Part shown: positions 52,915-61,816 of the stretch, one piece after another | Layout of the letters: each line of letters opens with the position of its first letter | Position numbering within the stretch: the first letter of the stretch is position 1 | From: Escherichia coli | GTDB lineage: Bacteria; Pseudomonadota; Gammaproteobacteria; Enterobacterales; Enterobacteriaceae | Strand: one strand, 5' to 3' | Assembly: GCF_024223415.1 (NCBI RefSeq) | Contig: NZ_CP100500.1 | Length of the DNA: 64,000 nucleotides | Translations under genes and position numbers: made by a program | The notes under the pieces: generated by a model | What the model saw: the letters and a program-made list of their open reading frames with translations, nothing else | What the model was told of the DNA's origin: nothing | Database searches by the model: none

Positions 52915-53254
52915 CTAAATTTCCAGGCTCGTGCTCACGGCCTGCTTCATATCCGCGCCAGGTCCGTCGCGATTAAACCACAGGGCTTTTCAGGAGGGGC
53001 CACAGAGAGCGTCACACTGACCATTCCCTGTGGCTTGTGCTGAGATCCGGTCAGTGAAATTGTGCAAAGGGAATCTTCGGGAGCTTTGGGCAGAATGTCA
53101 GTTATTGATGTTGACATCCTCCACACCCTGAAGGTCGGGGTTTTACGGCGCACTGGATAAAATACCTGAACAAACAGCCTCTTCGTGCGGCTTTTTTATA
53201 ACGAGATTCTGACTTGCTGCCGTCCGTAATGTCGGATGGCGGAGGTGAGGGACT

Positions 53255-53527
53255 ATGAGAATGGACGAACGATACAGTAACGCTGCATACGGCAGCGCAG
53301 GACTTGTTGCGTTCTTTGCCAGCCTGTCACTGCAGGATTGGGGATTTATTATCGGCGTGGCGTTCAGTATCATTCTTGGCGTTCTTACTTATCGCCTTAA
53401 CAAACGGGAGCAGGAAAAACGAACCCGCATATTGCTCGAAATTCTGGAACGAACTAATGCCGGTAATGTTCCGGCTACGGCACATGCTGTGGCTGAGATT
53501 GCGAAAAAGGCACCAAAAGAAATATGA
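53255..53527 (+). CDS. Pinholin (phage 21 S-like) with dual-start motif
   Basis: Starts M-R-M; pattern AYGSAG...W...IGV...LTYRLNKREQEKR resembles S21-type pinholin; precedes SAR endolysin. Confidence 0.6.
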   Translation: MRMDERYSNAAYGSAGLVAFFASLSLQDWGFIIGVAFSIILGVLTYRLNKREQEKRTRILLEILERTNAGNVPATAHAVAEIAKKAPKEI

Positions 53528-53683
53528 CGAATATCCCGGGAGTGAGGGGATAATATACCTTTTAACAAAATCCGGGAACATGAAACGCCCGGAACGTTTC
53601 ATGAGGCATGCCCCGTGGGGAGCAGGGCATAACTGTGCGGAATAGCTTTCATTGTGATATCAATAATCACGGTATTCAAAATA

Positions 53684-54061
53684 TTACGGGCCTGTGGGAT
53701 CAGGTTGTTTTTTGTCTGATTCCAGAGGGAAGGGACGCTGTTTCGGTTCTCTGAACTTTAGTGATAATGAATTGAAAATCCTCATTTTTTGCTGCCATGC
53801 ATAATGTCTGTCCCATGAACAGGGGGGGCTCAATTCTTCATTCACCCATGCGTTAATATCTTGTTTCAGGTGTTGAAGCATACGGGGTGTTAATGCACTC
53901 ATAATAATATCCAGCGTTTTATGCGAGAGTTTACCGTAAGGGTCTGCAAGGATGCTGCTCGTTGCTTCGTTATTATCCACCATAAGTGGAAGTAGCGCTG
54001 ATTTAACTTTTTCTGTCATTAGTTGCAAAAATCTACTGCGCAAATTTTCTTTACTGTTCAT
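53684..54061 (-). CDS. Hypothetical protein on opposite strand inside the lysis cassette
   Basis: 125-aa ORF in the 655-bp gap between pinholin and endolysin. Confidence 0.35.
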   Translation of the reverse strand: MNSKENLRSRFLQLMTEKVKSALLPLMVDNNEATSSILADPYGKLSHKTLDIIMSALTPRMLQHLKQDINAWVNEELSPPCSWDRHYAWQQKMRIFNSLSLKFREPKQRPFPLESDKKQPDPTGP

Positions 54062-54184
54062 TTCTGAAGCCTCATCTGTTGTCGTTTGGTTTTCCTGAAC
54101 GGGTATGTTTATGAGACATGCTGGTACTGGATTATATACCTGATATATCCAGGGTTATAAACCTTTAGATCCTGATAAATATAC

Positions 54185-54718
54185 ATGAACGCAAAAATCA
54201 GATACGGCCTGTCGGCTGCCGTTCTGGCGCTGATTGGTGCTGGCGCATCTGCTCCTCAGATACTTGATCAGTTTCTGGACGAAAAAGAGGGTAACCACAC
54301 AACGGCATACCGCGATGGGTCCGGCATCTGGACCATCTGTCGGGGTGCCACGATGGTGGATGGAAAACCCGTTTTTCCCGGAATGAAGCTGTCGAAGGAA
54401 AAATGCGACCAGGTTAACGCTATTGAACGTGATAAGGCACTGGCATGGGTGGAGCGCAATATTAAAGTACCTCTGACCGAACCACAGAAAGCGGGTATTG
54501 CGTCATTCTGTCCCTATAACATTGGCCCCGGTAAGTGTTTCCCGTCGACGTTTTATAAGCGGCTTAATGCCGGTGATCGAAAAGGCGCCTGCGAGGCGAT
54601 TCGCTGGTGGATAAAGGATGGTGGGCGCGATTGCCGCATACGTTCAAATAACTGCTATGGACAGGTTATTCGTCGTGACCAGGAAAGCGCATTAGCCTGT
54701 TGGGGGATAGATCAGTGA
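54185..54718 (+). CDS. SAR endolysin (phage lysozyme, R21 type)
   Basis: 177 aa; N-terminal Gly/Ala-rich SAR segment [17 protein letters not shown]; catalytic E-x8-D-x5-T in [16 protein letters not shown]. Confidence 0.85.
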   Translation: MNAKIRYGLSAAVLALIGAGASAPQILDQFLDEKEGNHTTAYRDGSGIWTICRGATMVDGKPVFPGMKLSKEKCDQVNAIERDKALAWVERNIKVPLTEPQKAGIASFCPYNIGPGKCFPSTFYKRLNAGDRKGACEAIRWWIKDGGRDCRIRSNNCYGQVIRRDQESALACWGIDQ

Positions 54719-55182
54719 GCAGAGTCGCCGCGATTATTTATGCTCTGGTTATCTGCATCATCGTCTGCCTGTCGTGGGCGGTCAATCATTACCGTGATAA
54801 CGCCATCGCCTACAAAGAACAGCGAGATAAAAAAGTCAGTGAGCTGAAGCAGGCGACCGCCACCATTACTGACATGCAGCAACGCCAGCGTGCTGCTGAT
54901 GTACTCGATGCTAAATACACGAAGGAGTTAGCTGATGCGAAAGCTAAAAATGATGCTCTTCGGCGCAAGCTTGATAATGGTGGCAGGGTGCTCGTCAAAG
55001 GAAAATGCCCTGTGCCATCCTCAGCCGAAACCTCCAGCGCCTCCGGCATGGGCAATGATGCCACCGTCGAACTCTCTCCAGTTGCTGGACGAAACGTTCT
55101 CGGTGTCCGGGACGGAATTATCCGCGACCAAACAGCACTGAGAACGCTTCAGGAATACATCAGGACGCAATGCCTTCGATGA
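54700..55182 (+). CDS. Rz i-spanin
   Basis: N-terminal TM ([19 protein letters not shown]) then coiled coil; overlaps endolysin stop; exact start uncertain. Confidence 0.75.
   Translation: MGDRSVSRVAAIIYALVICIIVCLSWAVNHYRDNAIAYKEQRDKKVSELKQATATITDMQQRQRAADVLDAKYTKELADAKAKNDALRRKLDNGGRVLVKGKCPVPSSAETSSASGMGNDATVELSPVAGRNVLGVRDGIIRDQTALRTLQEYIRTQCLR
54935..55141 (+). CDS. Rz1 o-spanin lipoprotein embedded in Rz
   Basis: +1-frame ORF inside Rz; lipobox VAGC; proline-rich [11 protein letters not shown]. Confidence 0.7.
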   Translation: MRKLKMMLFGASLIMVAGCSSKENALCHPQPKPPAPPAWAMMPPSNSLQLLDETFSVSGTELSATKQH

Positions 55183-55400
55183 TAGCGATAATTTTACTCA
55201 TCATCCTTCACATCTGGCTCTGTAGACAGGGTGGTGATCACTTCTGGAGTGAATCCAGATTAAACATCTCATTGCTGATTCTTGATATTGAGCATCTGGC
55301 GCGCGGTAAGGGGCTGCGTTGAGATAAGAGCCAGTCATCACAAACACCAGGATTTAGCCTCGCATTCGCGGGGCTTTTTATTGCAACAAAGGTAAAGACG

Positions 55401-55688
55401 ATGGATGAAGAATATCGTAAAAACCTGCAACTGTGGTTTGGTCTTACGCATGCGTCGTTCTGCGTGATGCCGCGAGTATTCATGGAGGCTATGCCACCAG
55501 AATGGCAAGAGAAGATGGCTCAGTTGCTTTTTGAGTATAGCGACACAATCAAAACGGATGTCTGCGGAGTTCACAGCTGTTTTGTTACTGCCAAAGACGG
55601 CAACAACCGCTTTATGAGGATGCCAGAAGATATTCTGAACTATCGTCATCCCCGACGTGAATTCATCGAATCATTTCTGAAGAAGTAG
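55401..55688 (+). CDS. Hypothetical phage protein (95 aa)
   Basis: ORF downstream of spanins. Confidence 0.4.
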   Translation: MDEEYRKNLQLWFGLTHASFCVMPRVFMEAMPPEWQEKMAQLLFEYSDTIKTDVCGVHSCFVTAKDGNNRFMRMPEDILNYRHPRREFIESFLKK

Positions 55689-56309
55689 CCATTACAAAGC
55701 CTATCTACGGGTGGGCTTGATAATGAAACCAGAATTTATTCTGGGAAACCAGTTACGGCAGTACAGCGAAACAACCCAAGCCAGTAAGTGGGGAAATAAC
55801 ACTGGCAGCCACTGAAAGATGAACCTCCTGCCTTATGGCAAAAAAGATTCTTTGTGGTGGCGGACTGATGGAAAGACATCGGTTATTGCAGAGACCATTC
55901 AATGAGTGGTCTCGACAATGGCTTATACCCTACACGGGATAACTTAACTGATATCCCTTTTAACGGATAAAGGTATTCAAGCCTGACATATCATGCGCTG
56001 TATCGTCGCCGTATTCCCGTATTAACAGAGACCGTAGCCCGACGGGGAACTCCTTCTGCGCGAGTGTGCGGGAATAATCAAAAACGATGCACACCGGGTT
56101 TTTACCGCGTTTATGGTTCGCGGGTTTGTCCCTCATGCTCGCCAGTCCGGTGCGATGGTGGAAGAAACCGGAAGCTGTATTACAGAAAGTGCTACTACTG
56201 TATCCTGATGCGATGTATGTAATGTGAGTCAGATAATGGCACAGGATGTGGTGATGTGGCAGTCTGGAACACAGGATATATTGTCAGAATAAGACCCGTA
56301 GGAATAAAA

Positions 56310-56636
56310 ATGAAAAGACGCCTTTCACTACTTTTTCTGTTATCTGCCCTGGCAGTGGGATGCTCGCAGCAAAAAGCTGATGAGCCCCGGCAATTAGTGA
56401 CGGTGTATCCACGATATCCGGAATATGCTGCAGCAAATTATATCAAGGGGCTGGTTGAGGTTAAGTTCGATATTGGTGCTGACGGGACTGTGACACGGAT
56501 CGTTTTTCTCCGCTCAGAGCCTCATAATTTGTTTCGTGATGAAGTGGTGAAGGCCATGGCGAAATGGAGATTTGAAAAGAATAGTCCCCGTCAGGGAGTG
56601 AAGAGACAATTTATCTTTACGCCATCACGTCCCTGA
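56310..56636 (+). CDS. Lipoprotein with TonB C-terminal-like domain (moron candidate)
   Basis: ATG at 56310: MKRRLSLLFLLSALAVGCSQQ...; C-terminal YPRYPEYAAANYIKGLVEVKFDIGADGTVTRIVFLRSEPHNLFRDEVVKAMAKWRFE fits TonB_C pattern. Confidence 0.6.
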   Translation: MKRRLSLLFLLSALAVGCSQQKADEPRQLVTVYPRYPEYAAANYIKGLVEVKFDIGADGTVTRIVFLRSEPHNLFRDEVVKAMAKWRFEKNSPRQGVKRQFIFTPSRP

Positions 56637-57000
56637 TGCTTCCAGGTAGAGAGGGGCTGGAAGCAGGAGAAAAATGAAAGAGCCAGCGGTTATATTTTTG
56701 TCATGGCTGACGAGAAATGATGGAAGAAGGCGTTGTATGCCACACAACGCCTCACTGTTCATTTCTTCTTTTTCTCTGGTGTAACCCGATGAATAAGAGT
56801 TGCACTGGTTTCCGATGAGATGGCGATATGCTCGGGCAAAGTATGCTGGCAGTTTTCCAACTGGTCAAAAATACCTGCTCTCGTCTGTTGCAATGCCTGC
56901 AGCATGCGGCGGCAATGCGCCTTTGCTTTTGCTAACCATCTTTCCTTACTCTATCAGTCGCTGCGTGAACTCATCATGGAATACCAGGTAAATGCGGATG

Positions 57001-57252
57001 TTATCGGTTTTGGCTACGCAGCATAGTACAAAACGGACAGGTGCATCCCGGAATGGGGGAGGCGTCACATGTCCCTGTGATGGTTGTTCCGGGTAATGCA
57101 CTGTGTGGGGCATAAAAATGTCCGATAATTTTACTTTCTACCGCAGTTAGTTGATTCGTTGGTCCTGGTAGCACATTGGGCGAGGGTTTAAATGCCAGGC
57201 AACTGAAGGATGATGTTGCAAGGGAGATAGCGAGAATATTTCTGATTTTCAT
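57001..57252 (-). CDS. Small secreted cysteine-rich protein (moron candidate)
   Basis: From ATG 57252: MKIRNILAISLATSSFSCLAF... signal peptide; six Cys in mature part. Confidence 0.35.
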   Translation of the reverse strand: MKIRNILAISLATSSFSCLAFKPSPNVLPGPTNQLTAVESKIIGHFYAPHSALPGTTITGTCDASPIPGCTCPFCTMLRSQNR

Positions 57253-57403
57253 TTGATGATGCCTCTGTGTGAAATGACGGTAAACGACGCACTTGTGCCG
57301 GCACATAATAGCAAGCATCAGAATAGATCAGATTCGATTCTTGCTGTAAGTGATAATTATTCTCGTTTTTTTCGGGTCCTTTCCGGCGATCCAACAGGTT
57401 ACG

Positions 57404-57415
57404 GGGCGTCGACCT
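57404..57415 (+). other. cosN cohesive-end site (lambda-type)
   Basis: GGGCGTCGACCT, one mismatch from lambda GGGCGGCGACCT; flanking CTCGCG(C)GTTTTCGCTATTTATGAAAATTTTCCGG also matches lambda cos. Confidence 0.75.
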
Positions 57416-57449
57416 CGCGCGTTTTCGCTATTTATGAAAATTTTCCGGG

Positions 57450-57560
57450 ATCCATGTCCGGTTTCTCTGCAAGTTAACTATATGAAAAATATAAAAACAT
57501 GCTTTCTGCGAACCGGACATGTGCAAAAAATGTACAAACAAACCGGACATATGCGTGCGT
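57450..57560. promoter_or_regulatory. cosB-like terminase-binding repeats
   Basis: Three copies of CCGGACAT(G/A)TG core (one inverted) between cosN and terS. Confidence 0.5.
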
Positions 57561-57627
57561 TTGCATAAAGTTGCTCGCAAGATGCATGTTTAAAACGCAT
57601 GAGGGGAGATTTTTTGCGAGGTGAACA

Positions 57628-58137
57628 GTGGCTACGCAGACTGAAGTTGCCAGGCATTTGAGTCTGACCGATCGCCAGCTTCGCAGACTGCAGAAATTGC
57701 CGGGTGCCCCGATATCGAATAAGCGAGGGCAACTGGATCTGGATGCCTGGCGTGATTTTTACATATCGTATCTGAGAAGAAGTAAAAACGATGTGCCTGA
57801 TGGCGATAGCGAAGACGACTATGAGGAGAAATTGCTTATTGCCAGATGGGAACTGACAGCAGAACAGGCTGTTACACAGCAGTTAAAAAATGAGGTGTCA
57901 AAAGGAAAACTTATTGACACCGGATTCTGTATTTTTGCCCTCAGCAAGCTGGCAATGGCGTTATCCAGTACGCTTGATTCCATCCCTTTATCCATGCAAC
58001 GACAGTTTCCTGATTTAACACCGCGCCATCTTGACCATCTGAAAACCCTTATTGCGAAGGGGGCAAATCAGTGTGCGCGGGCAGGGGATAAATTACCGGA
58101 TTTACTCGATGAATATATCAGAGCAACAACTGAATAA
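57628..58137 (+). CDS. Terminase small subunit (Nu1-like)
   Basis: 169 aa; C-terminal region resembles lambda Nu1 (FPDLTPRHLDHLK... vs lambda FPELENRHVDFLK). Confidence 0.85.
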   Translation: MATQTEVARHLSLTDRQLRRLQKLPGAPISNKRGQLDLDAWRDFYISYLRRSKNDVPDGDSEDDYEEKLLIARWELTAEQAVTQQLKNEVSKGKLIDTGFCIFALSKLAMALSSTLDSIPLSMQRQFPDLTPRHLDHLKTLIAKGANQCARAGDKLPDLLDEYIRATTE

Positions 58138-60037
58138 TATGATGAGTGCTGTCACAACAGCATTACAGCCCCTGATAAGGGCATTGCCGGTGACGGCAGT
58201 TGAATGGGCTGATCAAAATTATTATCTGCCTAAAGAATCTTCATATGGTGAGGGAGAATGGAAAACGCTGCCGTTCCAGATCGCCATCATGAACTGTATG
58301 GGCAACGATCTGATTCGCACTGTTAACCTGATTAAATCTGCCCGTGTTGGTTATACAAAGATGTTGCTGGGGGTGGTCGGGTATTTTATTGAGCATAAAT
58401 CCCGAAACAGTCTGCTTTTTCAGCCCACGGATTCTGCCGCTGAAGATTTTATGAAGTCTCACGTGGAGACGACGATTAGGGACGTGCCATGCCTGAAAGA
58501 CCTTTCCCCATGGCTGGGTCGTAAACATCGTGATAATACCCTCACGCTGAAACGCTTTTCATCGGGCGTCGGTTTCTGGTGCCTGGGCGGCGCTGCCGCC
58601 AAAAACTACCGTGAAAAATCCGTGGACGTGGTCTGCTATGACGAACTCTCATCGTTTGAACCTGATGTTGAAAAAGAGGGCTCGCCAACCCTGCTGGGGG
58701 ATAAGCGTATTGAGGGCTCTGTATGGCCAAAATCCATTCGCGGCTCGACGCCTAAAATCAAAGGCTCCTGCCAGATCGAAAAAGCCGCTAACGAGTCGGC
58801 ACATTTCATGCGTTTTTATGTGCCCTGTCCGCACTGTGGGGAGGAGCAGTATCTGAAATTTGGTGATGATGCCTCGGCTTTCGGTCTTAAGTGGGAGAAG
58901 AATAAGCCAGAAAGTGTTTTCTACCTTTGTGAGCATCATGGCTGTGTGATCCATCAGTCTGAGCTTGACCAGAGTAACGGGCGGTGGATCTGTGAAAACA
59001 CGGGGATGTGGACCCGTGACGGTCTGACGTTTTTCAGCGCCCGGGGTGATGAAATTCCGCCGCCGCGCTCCATCACTTTCCATATCTGGACGGCGTACAG
59101 TCCGTTCACCACCTGGGTACAGATAGTCTATGACTGGCTGGATGCACTGAAAGATCCCAACGGCCTGAAAACCTTTGTGAACACCACGCTGGGCGAGACC
59201 TGGGAAGAGGCCGTGGGCGAAAAACTCGATCACCAGGTACTGATGGATAAGGTTGTGCGTTACACGGCGGCGGTGCCTGCCCGGGTGGTTTATCTGACGG
59301 CGGGCATTGACTCGCAGCGAAACCGTTTTGAGATGTATGTCTGGGGATGGGCTCCGGGAGAGGAAGCCTTTCTGGTGGATAAAATCATCATTATGGGACG
59401 TCCCGATGAGGAAGAGACGCTGTTACGTGTGGATGCGGCGATCAACAAAAAATACTGCCATGCAGACGGAACCGAAATGACCATTTCCCGTGTCTGCTGG
59501 GACATCGGGGGGATCGATGGCGAAATCGTTTATCAGAGGTCAAAAAAACACGGTGTTTTCCGGGTGCTGCCGGTAAAAGGCGCATCTGTCTATGGCAAGC
59601 CGGTGATCACCATGCCAAAAACCCGCAATCAGCGGGGCGTGTATCTGTGTGAAGTGGGGACGGACACCGCAAAAGAAATTCTCTATGCCCGTATGAAAGC
59701 CGCTCCCACGCCTGCGGATGAATCCACGTCGTATGCCATCCGTTTTCCTGATGATCCGGAGATTTTTTCGCAGACAGAGGCGCAGCAACTGGTCGCGGAA
59801 GAGCTTGTGGAGAAGTGGGAAAAAGGAAAGATGCGTCTGCTGTGGGATAACAAAAAGCGGCGTAACGAAGCGCTGGACTGCCTGGTGTATGCCTACGCGG
59901 CATTACGTGTGTCCGTGCAACGCTGGCAGCTTGATCTGGCTGTACTGGCAAAATCCCGGGAAGAAGAGACGACCCGGCCAACCCTTAAAGAACTGGCAGC
60001 GAAGCTGTCCGGAGGAGTGAATGGTTACAGTCGCTGA
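58109..60037 (+). CDS. Terminase large subunit (gpA-like)
   Basis: MNISEQQLNN...TAVEWADQNYYLPKESSYGEGEWKTLPFQIAIMN...; 642 aa. Confidence 0.92.
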   Translation: MNISEQQLNNMMSAVTTALQPLIRALPVTAVEWADQNYYLPKESSYGEGEWKTLPFQIAIMNCMGNDLIRTVNLIKSARVGYTKMLLGVVGYFIEHKSRNSLLFQPTDSAAEDFMKSHVETTIRDVPCLKDLSPWLGRKHRDNTLTLKRFSSGVGFWCLGGAAAKNYREKSVDVVCYDELSSFEPDVEKEGSPTLLGDKRIEGSVWPKSIRGSTPKIKGSCQIEKAANESAHFMRFYVPCPHCGEEQYLKFGDDASAFGLKWEKNKPESVFYLCEHHGCVIHQSELDQSNGRWICENTGMWTRDGLTFFSARGDEIPPPRSITFHIWTAYSPFTTWVQIVYDWLDALKDPNGLKTFVNTTLGETWEEAVGEKLDHQVLMDKVVRYTAAVPARVVYLTAGIDSQRNRFEMYVWGWAPGEEAFLVDKIIIMGRPDEEETLLRVDAAINKKYCHADGTEMTISRVCWDIGGIDGEIVYQRSKKHGVFRVLPVKGASVYGKPVITMPKTRNQRGVYLCEVGTDTAKEILYARMKAAPTPADESTSYAIRFPDDPEIFSQTEAQQLVAEELVEKWEKGKMRLLWDNKKRRNEALDCLVYAYAALRVSVQRWQLDLAVLAKSREEETTRPTLKELAAKLSGGVNGYSR

Positions 60038-60227
60038 ACTGCAGGCGCTGCGTCAGGCGCGCCTTGATTTATTAACCGGTAAACGGGTGGTGTCTGTCCA
60101 GAAAGATGGTCGCAGAATTGAATATACGGCGGCTTCTCTGGATGAGCTTAACCGGGCGATCAATGATGCGGAGTCGGTACTGGGGACAACCCGACGTCGC
60201 CGTCGTCCGCTGGGAGTGAGGTTATGA
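60021..60227 (+). CDS. Head-tail joining protein (gpW-like)
   Basis: 68 aa between terminase and portal. Confidence 0.8.
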   Translation: MVTVAELQALRQARLDLLTGKRVVSVQKDGRRIEYTAASLDELNRAINDAESVLGTTRRRRRPLGVRL

Positions 60228-61816
60228 AAAGAACGCCTGTCCTGATTGATGTGAACGGCGTTCCGCTTCGTGAGAGTCTCAGCTACAACGGGGGCGGCGC
60301 AGGATTTGGCGGGCAAATGGCGGAGTGGTTGCCACCGGCGCAGAGTGTCGATGCGGCCCTGCTGCCCGCGTTGCGTCTGGGGAATGCCCGGGCAGATGAT
60401 CTGGTGCGCAATAACGGAATAGCGGCTAATGCGGTGGCCCTGCATAAGGATCACATAGTCGGGCATATGTTTCTGATCAGCTACCGTCCGAACTGGCGCT
60501 GGCTGGGGATGCGGGAGACCGCAGCAAAAAGCTTTGTCGATGAGGTGGAGGCGGCCTGGTCGGAATACGCCGAAGGGATGTCTGGCGAGATCGACGTGGA
60601 AGGAAAACGCACGTTCACGGAATTTATCCGGGAAGGCGTGGGCGTTCATGCGTTTAACGGCGAAATCTTTGTGCAGCCGGTCTGGGATGCGGAGACTACG
60701 CAGCTGTTTCGTACGCGTTTTAAAGCCGTGAGTCCGAAACGGGTGGACACGCCAGGATACGGTTTGGGGAACCGCTTTCTGCGGGCCGGGGTGGAGGTCG
60801 ATCGGCATGGACGGGCCGTTGCGTACCATATCTGTGAGGATGATTTTCCGCTCTCTGGTAGTGGACGATGGGAACGGATCCCGCGTGAACTTCCCACCGG
60901 GCGTCCGGCCATGCTGCATATTTTCGAGCCGGTTGAGGACGGGCAGACCCGTGGGGCTAATCAGTTTTACAGCGTCATGGAACGGCTGAAAATGCTCGAT
61001 TCCCTGCAGGCAACACAGCTTCAGTCAGCCATAGTGAAGGCGATGTATGCAGCGACGATTGAAAGTGAACTTGATACCGAAAAGGCCTTTGAATATATCG
61101 CCGGTGCGCCGGAGGGGCAGAAGGATAATCCGCTTATTAATATTCTGGAGAAGTTCTCCAGCTGGTATGACACGAATAACGTGACACTGGGCGGTGTCAA
61201 AATTCCGCACCTTTTCCCCGGTGATGATCTGAAACTACAGACTGCGCAGGATTCAGACAATGGATTTTCTGCGCTTGAACAGGCGCTGCTGCGGTATATC
61301 GCCGCCGGTCTTGGCGTTTCCTACGAACAGTTGTCCCGTGATTACTCGAAGGTCAGCTATTCAAGTGCCCGCGCCTCCGCCAATGAGTCGTGGCGCTATT
61401 TTATGGGGCGGCGAAAATTTATTGCGGCCCGGCTGGCCACGCAGATGTTTTCCTGCTGGCTGGAAGAGGCTCTTCTGCGGGGGATTATTCGTCCGCCACG
61501 GGCGCGTTTTGATTTTTATCAGGCGCGTTCATCCTGGTCACGGGCAGAGTGGATTGGAGCCGGAAGAATGGCCATTGACGGGCTCAAGGAGGTCCAGGAA
61601 TCGGTGATGCGCATTGAGGCCGGACTGAGCACGTATGAGAAAGAGCTGGCGCTGATGGGTGAGGATTATCAGGACATTTTCCGCCAGCAGGTCAGGGAAT
61701 CTGCAGAGCGGGAAAAAGCCGGACTCTCACGTCCGGTGTGGATAGCGCAGGCGTATCAGCAGCAGATAGCGGCGAGTCGCAGGCCGGAAGAGGAGACAAC
61801 ACCACGTGAGACGTAA
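60224..61816 (+). CDS. Portal protein (gpB-like)
   Basis: 530 aa, lambda head-gene order. Confidence 0.88.
   Translation: MKRTPVLIDVNGVPLRESLSYNGGGAGFGGQMAEWLPPAQSVDAALLPALRLGNARADDLVRNNGIAANAVALHKDHIVGHMFLISYRPNWRWLGMRETAAKSFVDEVEAAWSEYAEGMSGEIDVEGKRTFTEFIREGVGVHAFNGEIFVQPVWDAETTQLFRTRFKAVSPKRVDTPGYGLGNRFLRAGVEVDRHGRAVAYHICEDDFPLSGSGRWERIPRELPTGRPAMLHIFEPVEDGQTRGANQFYSVMERLKMLDSLQATQLQSAIVKAMYAATIESELDTEKAFEYIAGAPEGQKDNPLINILEKFSSWYDTNNVTLGGVKIPHLFPGDDLKLQTAQDSDNGFSALEQALLRYIAAGLGVSYEQLSRDYSKVSYSSARASANESWRYFMGRRKFIAARLATQMFSCWLEEALLRGIIRPPRARFDFYQARSSWSRAEWIGAGRMAIDGLKEVQESVMRIEAGLSTYEKELALMGEDYQDIFRQQVRESAEREKAGLSRPVWIAQAYQQQIAASRRPEEETTPRET

Noticed and set aside
52925-53254. Searched for Shiga toxin (stxAB) or other cargo between the tRNA cluster and the holin
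   Set aside because: Only about 340 bp of non-coding sequence is present, with no ORF of the required size.
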